Positions 20,527 to 28,696 of a stretch of 44,536 nt of DNA are shown one piece after another (positions within the stretch are counted from its first letter, which is position 1; the number at the start of each line of letters is the position of its first letter). The stretch lies in the NCBI GenBank assembly GCA_900544985.1, contig UQXK01000011.1, positions 1-44,536 on the forward strand. Reading direction: 5' to 3'. The DNA comes from an uncultured Eubacteriales bacterium. Lineage in GTDB: Bacteria > Bacillota > Clostridia > Oscillospirales > CAG-272. Under the pieces are notes generated by a model. The model was not told where the DNA came from and ran no database searches. It saw only the letters and a program-made list of their open reading frames with translations. Position numbers and translations under genes: made by a program.

Positions 20527-22305
20527 CTAAAATACCAGTGAAGAAATTACGCATAGAGCTAATGTAATTATAAAAGCAAGTAAAAATCTTGATTTTAAAC
20601 TTGTCTCTTTTTCAGCTAAAATTCGTTTTATATCTCTTATAACAAGTAAGACGTTTATAATTATAGAAGCGCCTATTCCTATCGTGCTTAATGAATCCTG
20701 AAAAATCCAGCCCGGTATCAAAAATCCTAATGCAAATCCGCCAAAAGCCAAAGCTATTGTCAATATTATTTTTAATAATGACGATAACGTACTGCCAACA
20801 CCGGAAACTATATCTCCGACGCCGCTTGATTTTCTGCCGTACTTCATTACTTCTTCATGCTTTCTTTGAGCATCATTGGCCTTGTATTCTGCTTCTTTTT
20901 CAGCCTGTGCCTTGGTTTCGGCTATAGCATTATTGAGAGTCCTCTTATATGTATTATAAGTGGACATTTCACCCGGACAAGCTTTATCCAATTCACCCAT
21001 GGATAATGAAGTTTTACGAACTAAATCTTCATATTTTGCATTTAATTTTGACATCAAATCCTGTAATTTGTTTGACTTATCAGCTGTGCTAAAAGCGCCT
21101 TCAAAACCGCTATATGTTGTCCTTGTATAATTATCAGTCATTGCACGGGTATATAAATAAACGACTCTTGGATCTATTTCCGCTTGTTTATAAGCTATAT
21201 ACAGATCGATCTCCTTCATAATTGTCTTATAATTGGATTGTCCGCTTATAATCGAAGCATTCCACTCATATAATTTGTCCTCTAATTTGTCAGTACTCGG
21301 ATTATATGTTGGTGCATTGCCGCCAATTCCAAGACCACCTAATATACCTCCGAAAGATTTATTTTGAGAACCGACAGCTTTTATAAAACTCTTCTTTTTG
21401 ATAACACTGTCAATGGATTTTTGTAAATCTCCGAGAAAATCTACCGAGCCATATTCTACACCTTGAAATTTTCGCAGCTTCGCAGGAAGAGCATTAGCCT
21501 CCATACCGCCTAGCATAACAGGAATAACAACGCCGTCTTTCTTTTTTCCCGAATCGATCTGAGACAAAAATCTTGTCCATTCGTTTTTCACCCATTTTGC
21601 ATTAAAATATTCCTCTTTTGAACCGCAAACAAGCATAACTTTTGCCGTATCCAACGCATTATAGATATAAGGCTCATATTTTTTGCCTTGATGCTCAATC
21701 ATACTTTCACGGCTGAAAAACACGCTGTATCCTTTTTCTTTCAGCTTATGATAAAGACTGAGTAAATCGTTACTGTCCTGCGTTCTGGATCTTGACTCAT
21801 CATCGTTTTTGTCTTTATATGATATGAAAACATCATATGCGCCTTCTGTCTTCCTTACATTTTTCCATTCTGCCGCATTATCTTCGATAATGGAAATCTG
21901 CTTAAAATAATATTCTTTCTTTTCATCAGGGGCTTTTTCGCAGGCTTTTTTAAAGTTTGAGTTATTTCTCAAACTTTCTCCCGGAATATCGGCAAAAGTC
22001 GGAACCATCTTTTTGCCACCGTCATCGACATACACAATTTTATTTTGTGCCAAAAATTTCGCCCAGTAAGCCTCATAAGCATCAGTATGGTCAGCTATAT
22101 AAATATCCATCATATTTTCGGCAACATCGAATTCCATTTCTGAAATTTTAGCCATTGCTCTTTTTATTTCAGTAATATTATTTTCTTCCGCATTTTTAAC
22201 CTTGTATGTATTACCGCACCCCTCGCAATAATATGTATCGCCATTTATAATAACCATCTGTGTTCCACACGATGAACACGTCATCATTTCAGTTCTAAGT
22301 TCCAT
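20527..22305 (-). CDS. Zn-ribbon / TIR-domain protein with coiled-coil region and C-terminal 3-TM membrane anchor
   Basis: YDVFISYKDKNDD...KVMLVCGSKEEYFNAKWVKNEWTRFL is a TIR signature and includes a Glu at the catalytic-Glu position. N-terminal CSSCG...CEGCG ribbon. C-terminal hydrophobic helices. GAGGTGA lies 5 nt before ATG 22303-22305. The track's TTG extension is rejected. Confidence 0.75.
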   Translation of the reverse strand: MELRTEMMTCSSCGTQMVIINGDTYYCEGCGNTYKVKNAEENNITEIKRAMAKISEMEFDVAENMMDIYIADHTDAYEAYWAKFLAQNKIVYVDDGGKKMVPTFADIPGESLRNNSNFKKACEKAPDEKKEYYFKQISIIEDNAAEWKNVRKTEGAYDVFISYKDKNDDESRSRTQDSNDLLSLYHKLKEKGYSVFFSRESMIEHQGKKYEPYIYNALDTAKVMLVCGSKEEYFNAKWVKNEWTRFLSQIDSGKKKDGVVIPVMLGGMEANALPAKLRKFQGVEYGSVDFLGDLQKSIDSVIKKKSFIKAVGSQNKSFGGILGGLGIGGNAPTYNPSTDKLEDKLYEWNASIISGQSNYKTIMKEIDLYIAYKQAEIDPRVVYLYTRAMTDNYTRTTYSGFEGAFSTADKSNKLQDLMSKLNAKYEDLVRKTSLSMGELDKACPGEMSTYNTYKRTLNNAIAETKAQAEKEAEYKANDAQRKHEEVMKYGRKSSGVGDIVSGVGSTLSSLLKIILTIALAFGGFALGFLIPGWIFQDSLSTIGIGASIIINVLLVIRDIKRILAEKETSLKSRFLLAFIITLALCVISSLVF

Positions 22306-22319
22306 TTTTGTCACCTCAA

Positions 22320-23018
22320 TCAATATATTTTACAAGCTTTGCATTTATGGTTTCTTTCATCAAAAAGACGGGAAATATCTCTGGATAATGCTATTGCTGT
22401 TTCTTCATCAGCATTCTTCGCCGTTTCAAGTAATTGCAATATCTCAGTTTCCAAGTTTTCCGTGTCGGCTATACTTACAGGATCACTGTAAATATATTTT
22501 TTATATAATTCTCCGTATGATGATTTGATTTTTTCACTGGATCCATGTTTGCTTAGTATTTCCATCTGCAATGTTACGTTTTTTATAAATTTCGTATTAT
22601 CTATAACATTTGTTCTGACGCTTTCCACTTTTTCCTTATAAGCAAAACCTGAAAAAGCAAAAACAGAAAAAACGACAAGAACAATAACCTGCGGTATCAT
22701 GGCTAAGGCAAACGGTATTTTTTTGCTTATGCAAATAAATATAGTGGATATTATAAATTCAACGCCAAAATATATAGCGCTGTGTTTATAAAGAGGAATT
22801 CTAAATATCCAGTCGCACGCTTCATTAAGTCTCGAACGAAAGAAAATGAAAATCGTTTCTATAAATAAAAACGATATACATTCAAAAACAAAAGATACCC
22901 AAAACACCGAATTATGCCCCGAAAACCCAGCGATAGAAAAAACGGTTATCGCATAGATCGCCATAAAAATTGGGGGCAGTATAAACGATATACTTAATTT
23001 ATTCTTTTTGTCTTTCAT
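22320..23018 (-). CDS. integral membrane protein (4 TM + C-terminal soluble domain), hypothetical
   Basis: AGGAGG lies 5 nt before the ATG. The start overlaps the upstream gene's stop (ATGA). Four hydrophobic helices. Confidence 0.6.
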   Translation of the reverse strand: MKDKKNKLSISFILPPIFMAIYAITVFSIAGFSGHNSVFWVSFVFECISFLFIETIFIFFRSRLNEACDWIFRIPLYKHSAIYFGVEFIISTIFICISKKIPFALAMIPQVIVLVVFSVFAFSGFAYKEKVESVRTNVIDNTKFIKNVTLQMEILSKHGSSEKIKSSYGELYKKYIYSDPVSIADTENLETEILQLLETAKNADEETAIALSRDISRLFDERNHKCKACKIY

Positions 23019-23299
23019 GTTGCCTCCTTTTCAGGCACTTTTGCAGCACCGCATTTTTCACAAAAATTTTTATAGTTTTTTTCTCCGCATTTTTTGCAAA
23101 TCCACAAAATTTCTATCGTTTCACTTTGTTGCCCCATTGTCTTTTCCAGATTTGTTTCCATCGTTAAGGGCTGCGGTTTTGCCTCAATTGCTTTATTCAT
23201 TTTTTCCATACTTTCTCTGACAAAAGAGCGTCTTTCATCACAATTATTTTTTATCAAAGGCTCTCCTCTGGGAGAAAATTCAAATTTTTCGTATTTCAT
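23015..23299 (-). CDS. small zinc-ribbon protein (94 aa)
   Basis: C-terminal CKKCGEKN...CEKCG. GAGGTGA RBS. Translationally coupled to the downstream gene. Confidence 0.6.
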   Translation of the reverse strand: MKYEKFEFSPRGEPLIKNNCDERRSFVRESMEKMNKAIEAKPQPLTMETNLEKTMGQQSETIEILWICKKCGEKNYKNFCEKCGAAKVPEKEAT

Positions 23300-23323
23300 T
23301 TATTTCACCTCGCTTTATCATTT

Positions 23324-25303
23324 TTATTGTTCTTTTTCAGATTGTTTTTCTTTACCGCACTCGTTGCAAAATTTTCCTGTGTTTTCAGCTCCGCATTCGC
23401 ATTTCCATTTCTGCGGTTTTGATTTGCCACACTCGCTGCAAAACTTTCCTGTGTTTTCAGCTCCGCATTCACATTTCCATTTCTGCGGTTTTGATTTGCC
23501 GCACTCACTGCAAAAATTCCCTGTGTTTTCAGCTCCGCATTCACATTTCCAGGAATCATCTTTTGATTTATTCTCTGTTTTTTTGAATGAATTTTGTCTT
23601 TCATCATCGTTTTCGTTCATGACATTGTTGACTTCTTTGGCAACGTTTTTCCCTACTGCTTTTCCTATTTGCCAGTCCATTATCATGCCGCCCAAATTAT
23701 TAAATGTTCCCCCATTACCTCCGGAACCGTAAAATCCTCCACCCATACTTGGACCTCCTACTCTGCTGCCAACTTTACCGATAGCTTCTGCTCTTGCTAT
23801 ATCCACTTCTGCTCCCAGAACATCCTTGCCGTCATAATTCATTTCACGCATAGCCTGAGCATGACCAAGTTCTTTATGTATCTCTATGTCGGCTTCCGCT
23901 CCTTGCTTATAGATTTCGGAATCCGCTTCCATCATTCTTCTTGCATTTTCAAGCTGTAATTCAGTCATTTCAGCTTCTGTCTTATTGGCAAGTTCCGCAG
24001 AAGCTCTTATGGCATTCACGGTTGCCTCTCCTGAAACTCCCGCTACATTTAGATCATTTTGTCTTTGAATCTGATTACGTGCACCGGCAGCCGCCACTTC
24101 ATTAAGTTTGTCCTGTGCTTTCATAGTAACTATACCAAGATCCGTATCCTCCTGAATATTAAACGCCTCACGACGTCTTTGCAAATATTTTTGGAACGTC
24201 TCATCATTTTCGGGAAGCTGGATTTTTGATACAGCAAAATCAACAAGAGTTAATCCGAATTTCTCAAACTCCGTAGCTATAAGTTTCGAAATTATTTCTC
24301 CGAATTCCACAAGGTTATTTTCTATTACTACTATGTCAAGCTTGTTGTCCATTATCAAACGAGAAAAATTCTGTTTGATAATAGGCTGTATTCTGTTAAG
24401 CAAAATTTTTTTCGGAGGATTTTTTATAGGATCTATCCCGTATTTTCTCAGTTCATCAACATCCGGATTAAAAAGATCCATAGTACGAAGATTATCTGCA
24501 TTAGCGCCAAATTCCTTTAAGATTTGTCTGGAATTTGCTATCTGCAAACTAAGTTCTCCGCTAAGACCTATCTGAAAAGGTATATTTCCCATATTGGCAT
24601 CACGATAAGTTATACCGCCGATTCCCCATTTTATCCCTCTGATACAAGATGTATTAAAGAAATACACCTTAGACAAAAAAGGCGTTTGTCCATCAGGAGG
24701 TAATGCATTCATGCCAACTAACATAGGAATATTTTCTGTATTCAGAGTGTGAGTGCCCGGACCAAATAAATCAAGAGGTTGTCCGCCAAGTACAAAAACG
24801 ACTTCCTGAGAAGGTCCTACAATCAATTGAGAGCCCATATTTATCTTTTCAATAGTGTGCTTATATGAGAGAAAGTTAGAATCTCCTTCATATTTTATAA
24901 CACTGATAGAATTAGGATCATACTGACTGTTTATAGCGATTTCTCTTTTTACATCTATATGAGTACCGCATCCGGGACAATCCGCATATTGTTCGGAATT
25001 ACCGTTCAATCTGACAGATATACTCATATTACATTTTGGACATAAGATCTGTACACGTTTATTAAAAACATCATTTGCAGATTCATTTGCGGAAAATGTT
25101 TTTTTACAGTTTGAACACTTTATATTTTCCAAACCGAATTTATAAAGTCCCGTCTTTCCGCAATGCGGACACTCTATTTTAGCCATTCTCTCCTGTTTGA
25201 CATTTACAATTTTTCCGCAATGATCGCATTTTGCTGTCTTGCTGAATGTTGATACATAGATATCCGAGTTACAATCAGGACAAGTAATTATAATTTTTGC
25301 CAT
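23324..25303 (-). CDS. SPFH/band-7 (flotillin/YdjI-like, COG4260-type) protein with three N-terminal and three tandem C-terminal zinc-ribbons
   Basis: SPFH core (VVFVLGGQPLDLFGPGTHTL...). Coiled-coil/Ala-Glu-rich region. Gly-rich linker. C-terminus with 3x WKCECGAENTG(K/N)FCxECGK. N-terminus with CPDC/CDHC, CPHC/CSNC, CPKC/CPGC pairs. AGGAGG lies 8 nt before the ATG. Confidence 0.75.
   Translation of the reverse strand: MAKIIITCPDCNSDIYVSTFSKTAKCDHCGKIVNVKQERMAKIECPHCGKTGLYKFGLENIKCSNCKKTFSANESANDVFNKRVQILCPKCNMSISVRLNGNSEQYADCPGCGTHIDVKREIAINSQYDPNSISVIKYEGDSNFLSYKHTIEKINMGSQLIVGPSQEVVFVLGGQPLDLFGPGTHTLNTENIPMLVGMNALPPDGQTPFLSKVYFFNTSCIRGIKWGIGGITYRDANMGNIPFQIGLSGELSLQIANSRQILKEFGANADNLRTMDLFNPDVDELRKYGIDPIKNPPKKILLNRIQPIIKQNFSRLIMDNKLDIVVIENNLVEFGEIISKLIATEFEKFGLTLVDFAVSKIQLPENDETFQKYLQRRREAFNIQEDTDLGIVTMKAQDKLNEVAAAGARNQIQRQNDLNVAGVSGEATVNAIRASAELANKTEAEMTELQLENARRMMEADSEIYKQGAEADIEIHKELGHAQAMREMNYDGKDVLGAEVDIARAEAIGKVGSRVGGPSMGGGFYGSGGNGGTFNNLGGMIMDWQIGKAVGKNVAKEVNNVMNENDDERQNSFKKTENKSKDDSWKCECGAENTGNFCSECGKSKPQKWKCECGAENTGKFCSECGKSKPQKWKCECGAENTGKFCNECGKEKQSEKEQ
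23343..23542. repeat. three near-identical tandem 72-bp repeats (coding, 24-aa Zn-ribbon units of the SPFH protein)
   Basis: Directly visible: ...gcaaaa(t/c)tt(t/c)cctgtgttttcagctccgcattc(g/a)catttccatttctgcggttttgatttgcc... repeated three times with few substitutions. Confidence 0.85.
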
Positions 25304-25450
25304 AAATATCCTCCTATTTTTATCACTATATAATAACTAAGTTTAATGATCGCCATAATAAATATGACCGATGCCACTTTTATGATGATCCATGTCTTTT
25401 TTTCATTCACTTTTTCATGTCTTCCTCCATTTTTCATTTAAAATAAACAT

Positions 25451-25475
25451 ACCACATAATTTGTATTATGTAGTA
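25451..25475. repeat. left 25-bp inverted repeat of putative invertible DNA switch
   Basis: accacataatttgtattatgtagta is the perfect reverse complement of 25671-25695. Confidence 0.85.
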
Positions 25476-25490
25476 AAATGATATAGCGGT

Positions 25491-25519
25491 AAATAAAAAG
25501 GCGTGCTAAATTGCACGCC
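25491..25519 (-). terminator. rho-independent terminator (minus-strand orientation) inside invertible segment
   Basis: ggcgtgc-taaatt-gcacgcc stem followed by TTTTTATTT on the minus strand. It would stop read-through from the recombinase gene. A second, opposite-facing AT-rich hairpin plus T-run lies at 25525-25565. Confidence 0.55.
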
Positions 25520-25620
25520 ATAAAGACCAATGAAAAAATAAAATATTCATTGGTCTGTTTTTGTTATACCATTTTTCATCTTTTTCAGACAATAATCGTT
25601 CATAAAATGTATAAAATTTA

Positions 25621-25649
25621 TTGACACTATTTTGAATTTATGCTATTAT
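25621..25649 (+). promoter_or_regulatory. near-consensus sigma-70 promoter inside the invertible segment, currently facing away from the TIR/SPFH operon
   Basis: TTGACA - 17 bp - TATTAT. Oriented toward IR-R and antisense to the recombinase 3' end. Inversion would point it at the operon start (25303). Confidence 0.6.
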
Positions 25650-25670
25650 TTATTTGTGAATTTATATGTA

Positions 25671-25695
25671 TACTACATAATACAAATTATGTGGT
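25671..25695. repeat. right 25-bp inverted repeat of putative invertible DNA switch
   Basis: tactacataatacaaattatgtggt is the perfect reverse complement of 25451-25475. It lies 11 bp from the recombinase stop codon. Confidence 0.85.
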
Positions 25696-25705
25696 TTAGT
25701 TTTTC

Positions 25706-26545
25706 CTAAGTTCGCAAAAGTCCCAATTTTTCAACCTGACGACGATGCACCTCGCCGCTCTCCATAGTATAAATACGGGTTGTGTTTATGCTGCTGTGCC
25801 CAAGTATATCTGCAAGCCTTACGATATCTTTCTGTATACTGTAATATGTCCTTGCGAACAAATGTCTTAAATTATGCGGAAACACTTTTTTCTCAGATAC
25901 GTTCGCAGATTTGCAGAGCTTTTTCATATCAGACCATATATTCGATCTATCAAGAGGTCTTCCGTTCTTTGTAACAAAAATCGGTCCGCTTGATATTTTT
26001 TTCTTTTTTATATATTCTTTTAGCATCTTACAAAGTGCAGCAGGCAAAAATATGAGCCTACGTTTCCCCTTACAGATTATTTCTGTATTCTGTCGCGTCA
26101 AAGAATCAACGGTAATATGTTTAAGCTCGGAAATTCTTATTCCGCATGAACATATCGTCTGCATCAGAAAATACAACCGATCGTTTTTCTCTCTTTTTGC
26201 CGCCAATAAAAGACGTTCATACTCACTCTTTGTAAGCTCCTTATCACCGGATAAAAATATCTGCTTTTGAACTTTCAAAGTTTTTACTTTCAGTTCATGC
26301 CACTGCATAAAAACAAAAAAGCTATTAAGTGATGAGATAATAGAATTAACACTGGTCGGAGCATATTTTTCGGATATTTCCGACTTATATTTCAGAACAT
26401 CACTTTTATTAAACTCATTTGCACTAAGCCAATTCGCAAAAGTTAATATATCGTGCATATATTTACAAATCGTCGCGTGTGATTTTTCTTCATTTGAAAG
26501 ATGTTCTTTGAACATTTCTAAATTTTGATTTGAAATTTTTCTCAT
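25706..26545 (-). CDS. tyrosine site-specific recombinase (small, invertase/Xer-like)
   Basis: C-terminal catalytic motifs HNLRHLFA and GHSSINTTRIYT (catalytic Tyr). Length ~280 aa with no arm-binding extension. GGAGG...AAAGGGG RBS lies before the ATG at 26543-26545 (MRKISNQ). The track's longer 5' extension is unlikely. Confidence 0.8.
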   Translation of the reverse strand: MRKISNQNLEMFKEHLSNEEKSHATICKYMHDILTFANWLSANEFNKSDVLKYKSEISEKYAPTSVNSIISSLNSFFVFMQWHELKVKTLKVQKQIFLSGDKELTKSEYERLLLAAKREKNDRLYFLMQTICSCGIRISELKHITVDSLTRQNTEIICKGKRRLIFLPAALCKMLKEYIKKKKISSGPIFVTKNGRPLDRSNIWSDMKKLCKSANVSEKKVFPHNLRHLFARTYYSIQKDIVRLADILGHSSINTTRIYTMESGEVHRRQVEKLGLLRT

Positions 26546-26838
26546 TTGTTTAATCCCCTTTCTCCTCCATTTTATCATACTTGTATAAAGATTACAGCGC
26601 TCGTTAATCAACTCAGACAAAACGATGAGCAGACTTTACGACCACAAATAAAGTGGAAATAAAGTCTGATTTTTTGTTGTCCAAATCGCTTTTGCTATCC
26701 ATTTCTACAAATAAAGGTAATAAACCCCCAAAAATTTAAATATTTTTTCCTCAATAATATAACCTTTTGAGTGCACACAAGACCCGTTGATGCGTTTACG
26801 TCACAATACTTATTGGGTATAATCATAACATAAATGTT

Positions 26839-27231
26839 ATGGAGGAACGCACAGGGATGAATTCTTCATTAAGCAAAAAATCTTTTGGTGCACTTATACG
26901 GAAATTTCGTCTTAAAAACGGATATACTCAACAACAGCTTGCATTAAAAATCGGAATACAAACAAAATCCATAAGCTTTATCGAAAGAGGAATAAACTAT
27001 CCCTCTCCCGAAAATATTTTTAAGTTGGCACAGGTTCTTAATATATCTCTTGATGAATATATTTTCGGTTATTGCAAATTCGATCCCACTATCAATAATG
27101 ATGAAATAAATTCTATGTTTAATTCTCTCTCCAACGAAGACCTGCATTTTATGATAACTATGTTAAAAACTATTTATGGTCTACTTAATGAAAGGAAACC
27201 TGTCGTTAAAAATACCGGAAATAAAATATGA
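26839..27231 (+). CDS. XRE-family HTH transcriptional regulator (possible start at 26857)
   Basis: GYTQQQLALKIGIQTKSISFIERG is a Cro/C1 HTH. Divergent from the recombinase gene. Confidence 0.7.
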   Translation: MEERTGMNSSLSKKSFGALIRKFRLKNGYTQQQLALKIGIQTKSISFIERGINYPSPENIFKLAQVLNISLDEYIFGYCKFDPTINNDEINSMFNSLSNEDLHFMITMLKTIYGLLNERKPVVKNTGNKI

Positions 27232-27752
27232 ACTCTTTACAAGAAATAACTTTTGATGACGCATATAAAATGTTTCATCCCAAAATTCTGCAATATTGTT
27301 ATTATAAAACGAACCATAACATGAATATTGCGGAAGAGATATCTCAGGAAGCATTTTTAGCCTTGTATCTATCCTGGGATAAACTGTATTTCCACTCCAA
27401 AGCCCTGATTTTTTCTTGGCTTCACAAAACTGCCAAAAATATGTTGTCAAAATATTTCAGACAATTAAAGAAACTCAGTAATACAATAAGCTATGATGAA
27501 TATTTTTCCCAATATCAGGATATCGGAGTTTCCGATGATAATTTGGAAAACCTCGATCTTTCATATGAAAAATATATTGAAGAGATCAAAAAATTCCTTT
27601 CTCCCGAAGATTTTCAACTTTTTACATATGCCTGTATCGAGAAACTCTCTATCATTCAGATTTCCCTTCTCTTAAATATCAATTTTAATACTGCCAAGTC
27701 TCGCATAAGACGCATGAAATCCAAACTTAAACTCTTTTTATCAGATTTTTAA
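27228..27752 (+). CDS. ECF-type sigma-70 family RNA polymerase sigma factor
   Basis: Region-2-like (ISQEAFLALYLSW) and region-4 HTH (LSIIQISLLLNINFNTAKSRIRR). Size ~170 aa. Confidence 0.65.
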   Translation: MNSLQEITFDDAYKMFHPKILQYCYYKTNHNMNIAEEISQEAFLALYLSWDKLYFHSKALIFSWLHKTAKNMLSKYFRQLKKLSNTISYDEYFSQYQDIGVSDDNLENLDLSYEKYIEEIKKFLSPEDFQLFTYACIEKLSIIQISLLLNINFNTAKSRIRRMKSKLKLFLSDF

Positions 27753-27844
27753 TCCGATAAAAATTTTTTAAAATATATGCACCCAAAATTCATTTTTTGG
27801 TATTATATATATGAGTCCGATACGCGAGAAATTGAGGATACAAA

Positions 27845-28696
27845 ATGGAAACAAACAAAATTTCAAACAGTTCTAATCAAAAACAAATTGACGAACTTAT
27901 GAAAAAAATCGAAAAAGAGCTTAGTAAGCCGGAAAATAAAATCGACATGAAACTTGTCGATAGTTATTTTGAGCAAATCGAAGAACTGAATGGAGGGATA
28001 TGCAAAAAAACAGATTCCGAGCTGGCGAAAGGACTTAATCAAATAAAAGAACAGGGTGATCGAATAAAAAAGACTCTTCCTACCGTTGCTCCTATGAAAA
28101 CGCAACCAATCAAAAGAACTATTCCTCTACGCAAACGTCTTGCAATCTCATTTGCAGCTGTATTTTTGGTAATTGCGCTGTCATTCTCCGTTGCCGCAGC
28201 TTCTCTCGGCGGATTCAGTAAAGCATGGATATACATTTCAAATTCCGTAAAAGAAATTTTCGGCATGGATTCCGGCGAAACAGAAATGGACGGCATTACT
28301 GTTATAAAAGGCAAATACAGCAAAAAATACAATACTATTGAAGAACTTTTGTCAAATGAGAACTTCGATGATATATTATATCCTTCAAAATTGCCGGAAA
28401 ATATAAAAATAAAGTCCGTCTCTCAAATTCAACTGAACGACGAACAATATACCTTAACATTTCAATTTAATTCAGATAATGTGAGGCTTCGTATTAATAA
28501 CTACTACGAAATTAATCTCTCTCTATTATCCGACTATACAATATATCAAGCAAACGGAATAGAATTTTATATATTACAAAAAGAAGACGGATATTATTCT
28601 ATCGCCCAATATGACGGAAAAGAATATTCCGCAAACTGCAATAACTACGAAGATCTGATCTATATTTTATCTAACATGAAAGGCTATTCTAAATGA
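27845..28696 (+). CDS. putative anti-sigma factor (cytoplasmic N-domain, single TM, extracytoplasmic domain)
   Basis: Topology, and position immediately after the ECF sigma gene. Confidence 0.45.
   Translation: METNKISNSSNQKQIDELMKKIEKELSKPENKIDMKLVDSYFEQIEELNGGICKKTDSELAKGLNQIKEQGDRIKKTLPTVAPMKTQPIKRTIPLRKRLAISFAAVFLVIALSFSVAAASLGGFSKAWIYISNSVKEIFGMDSGETEMDGITVIKGKYSKKYNTIEELLSNENFDDILYPSKLPENIKIKSVSQIQLNDEQYTLTFQFNSDNVRLRINNYYEINLSLLSDYTIYQANGIEFYILQKEDGYYSIAQYDGKEYSANCNNYEDLIYILSNMKGYSK

Noticed and set aside
23343-23542. Tandem 72-bp direct repeats considered as a possible CRISPR array
   Set aside because: The repeats are contiguous with no spacers. They are in-frame coding sequence for the C-terminal Zn-ribbon repeats of the SPFH protein.
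23094-23732. 212-aa plus-strand ORF with an internally repetitive protein sequence
   Set aside because: It is antisense to the SPFH gene's repeat region. The repetitiveness is a shadow of the coding repeats on the other strand. It has no RBS.
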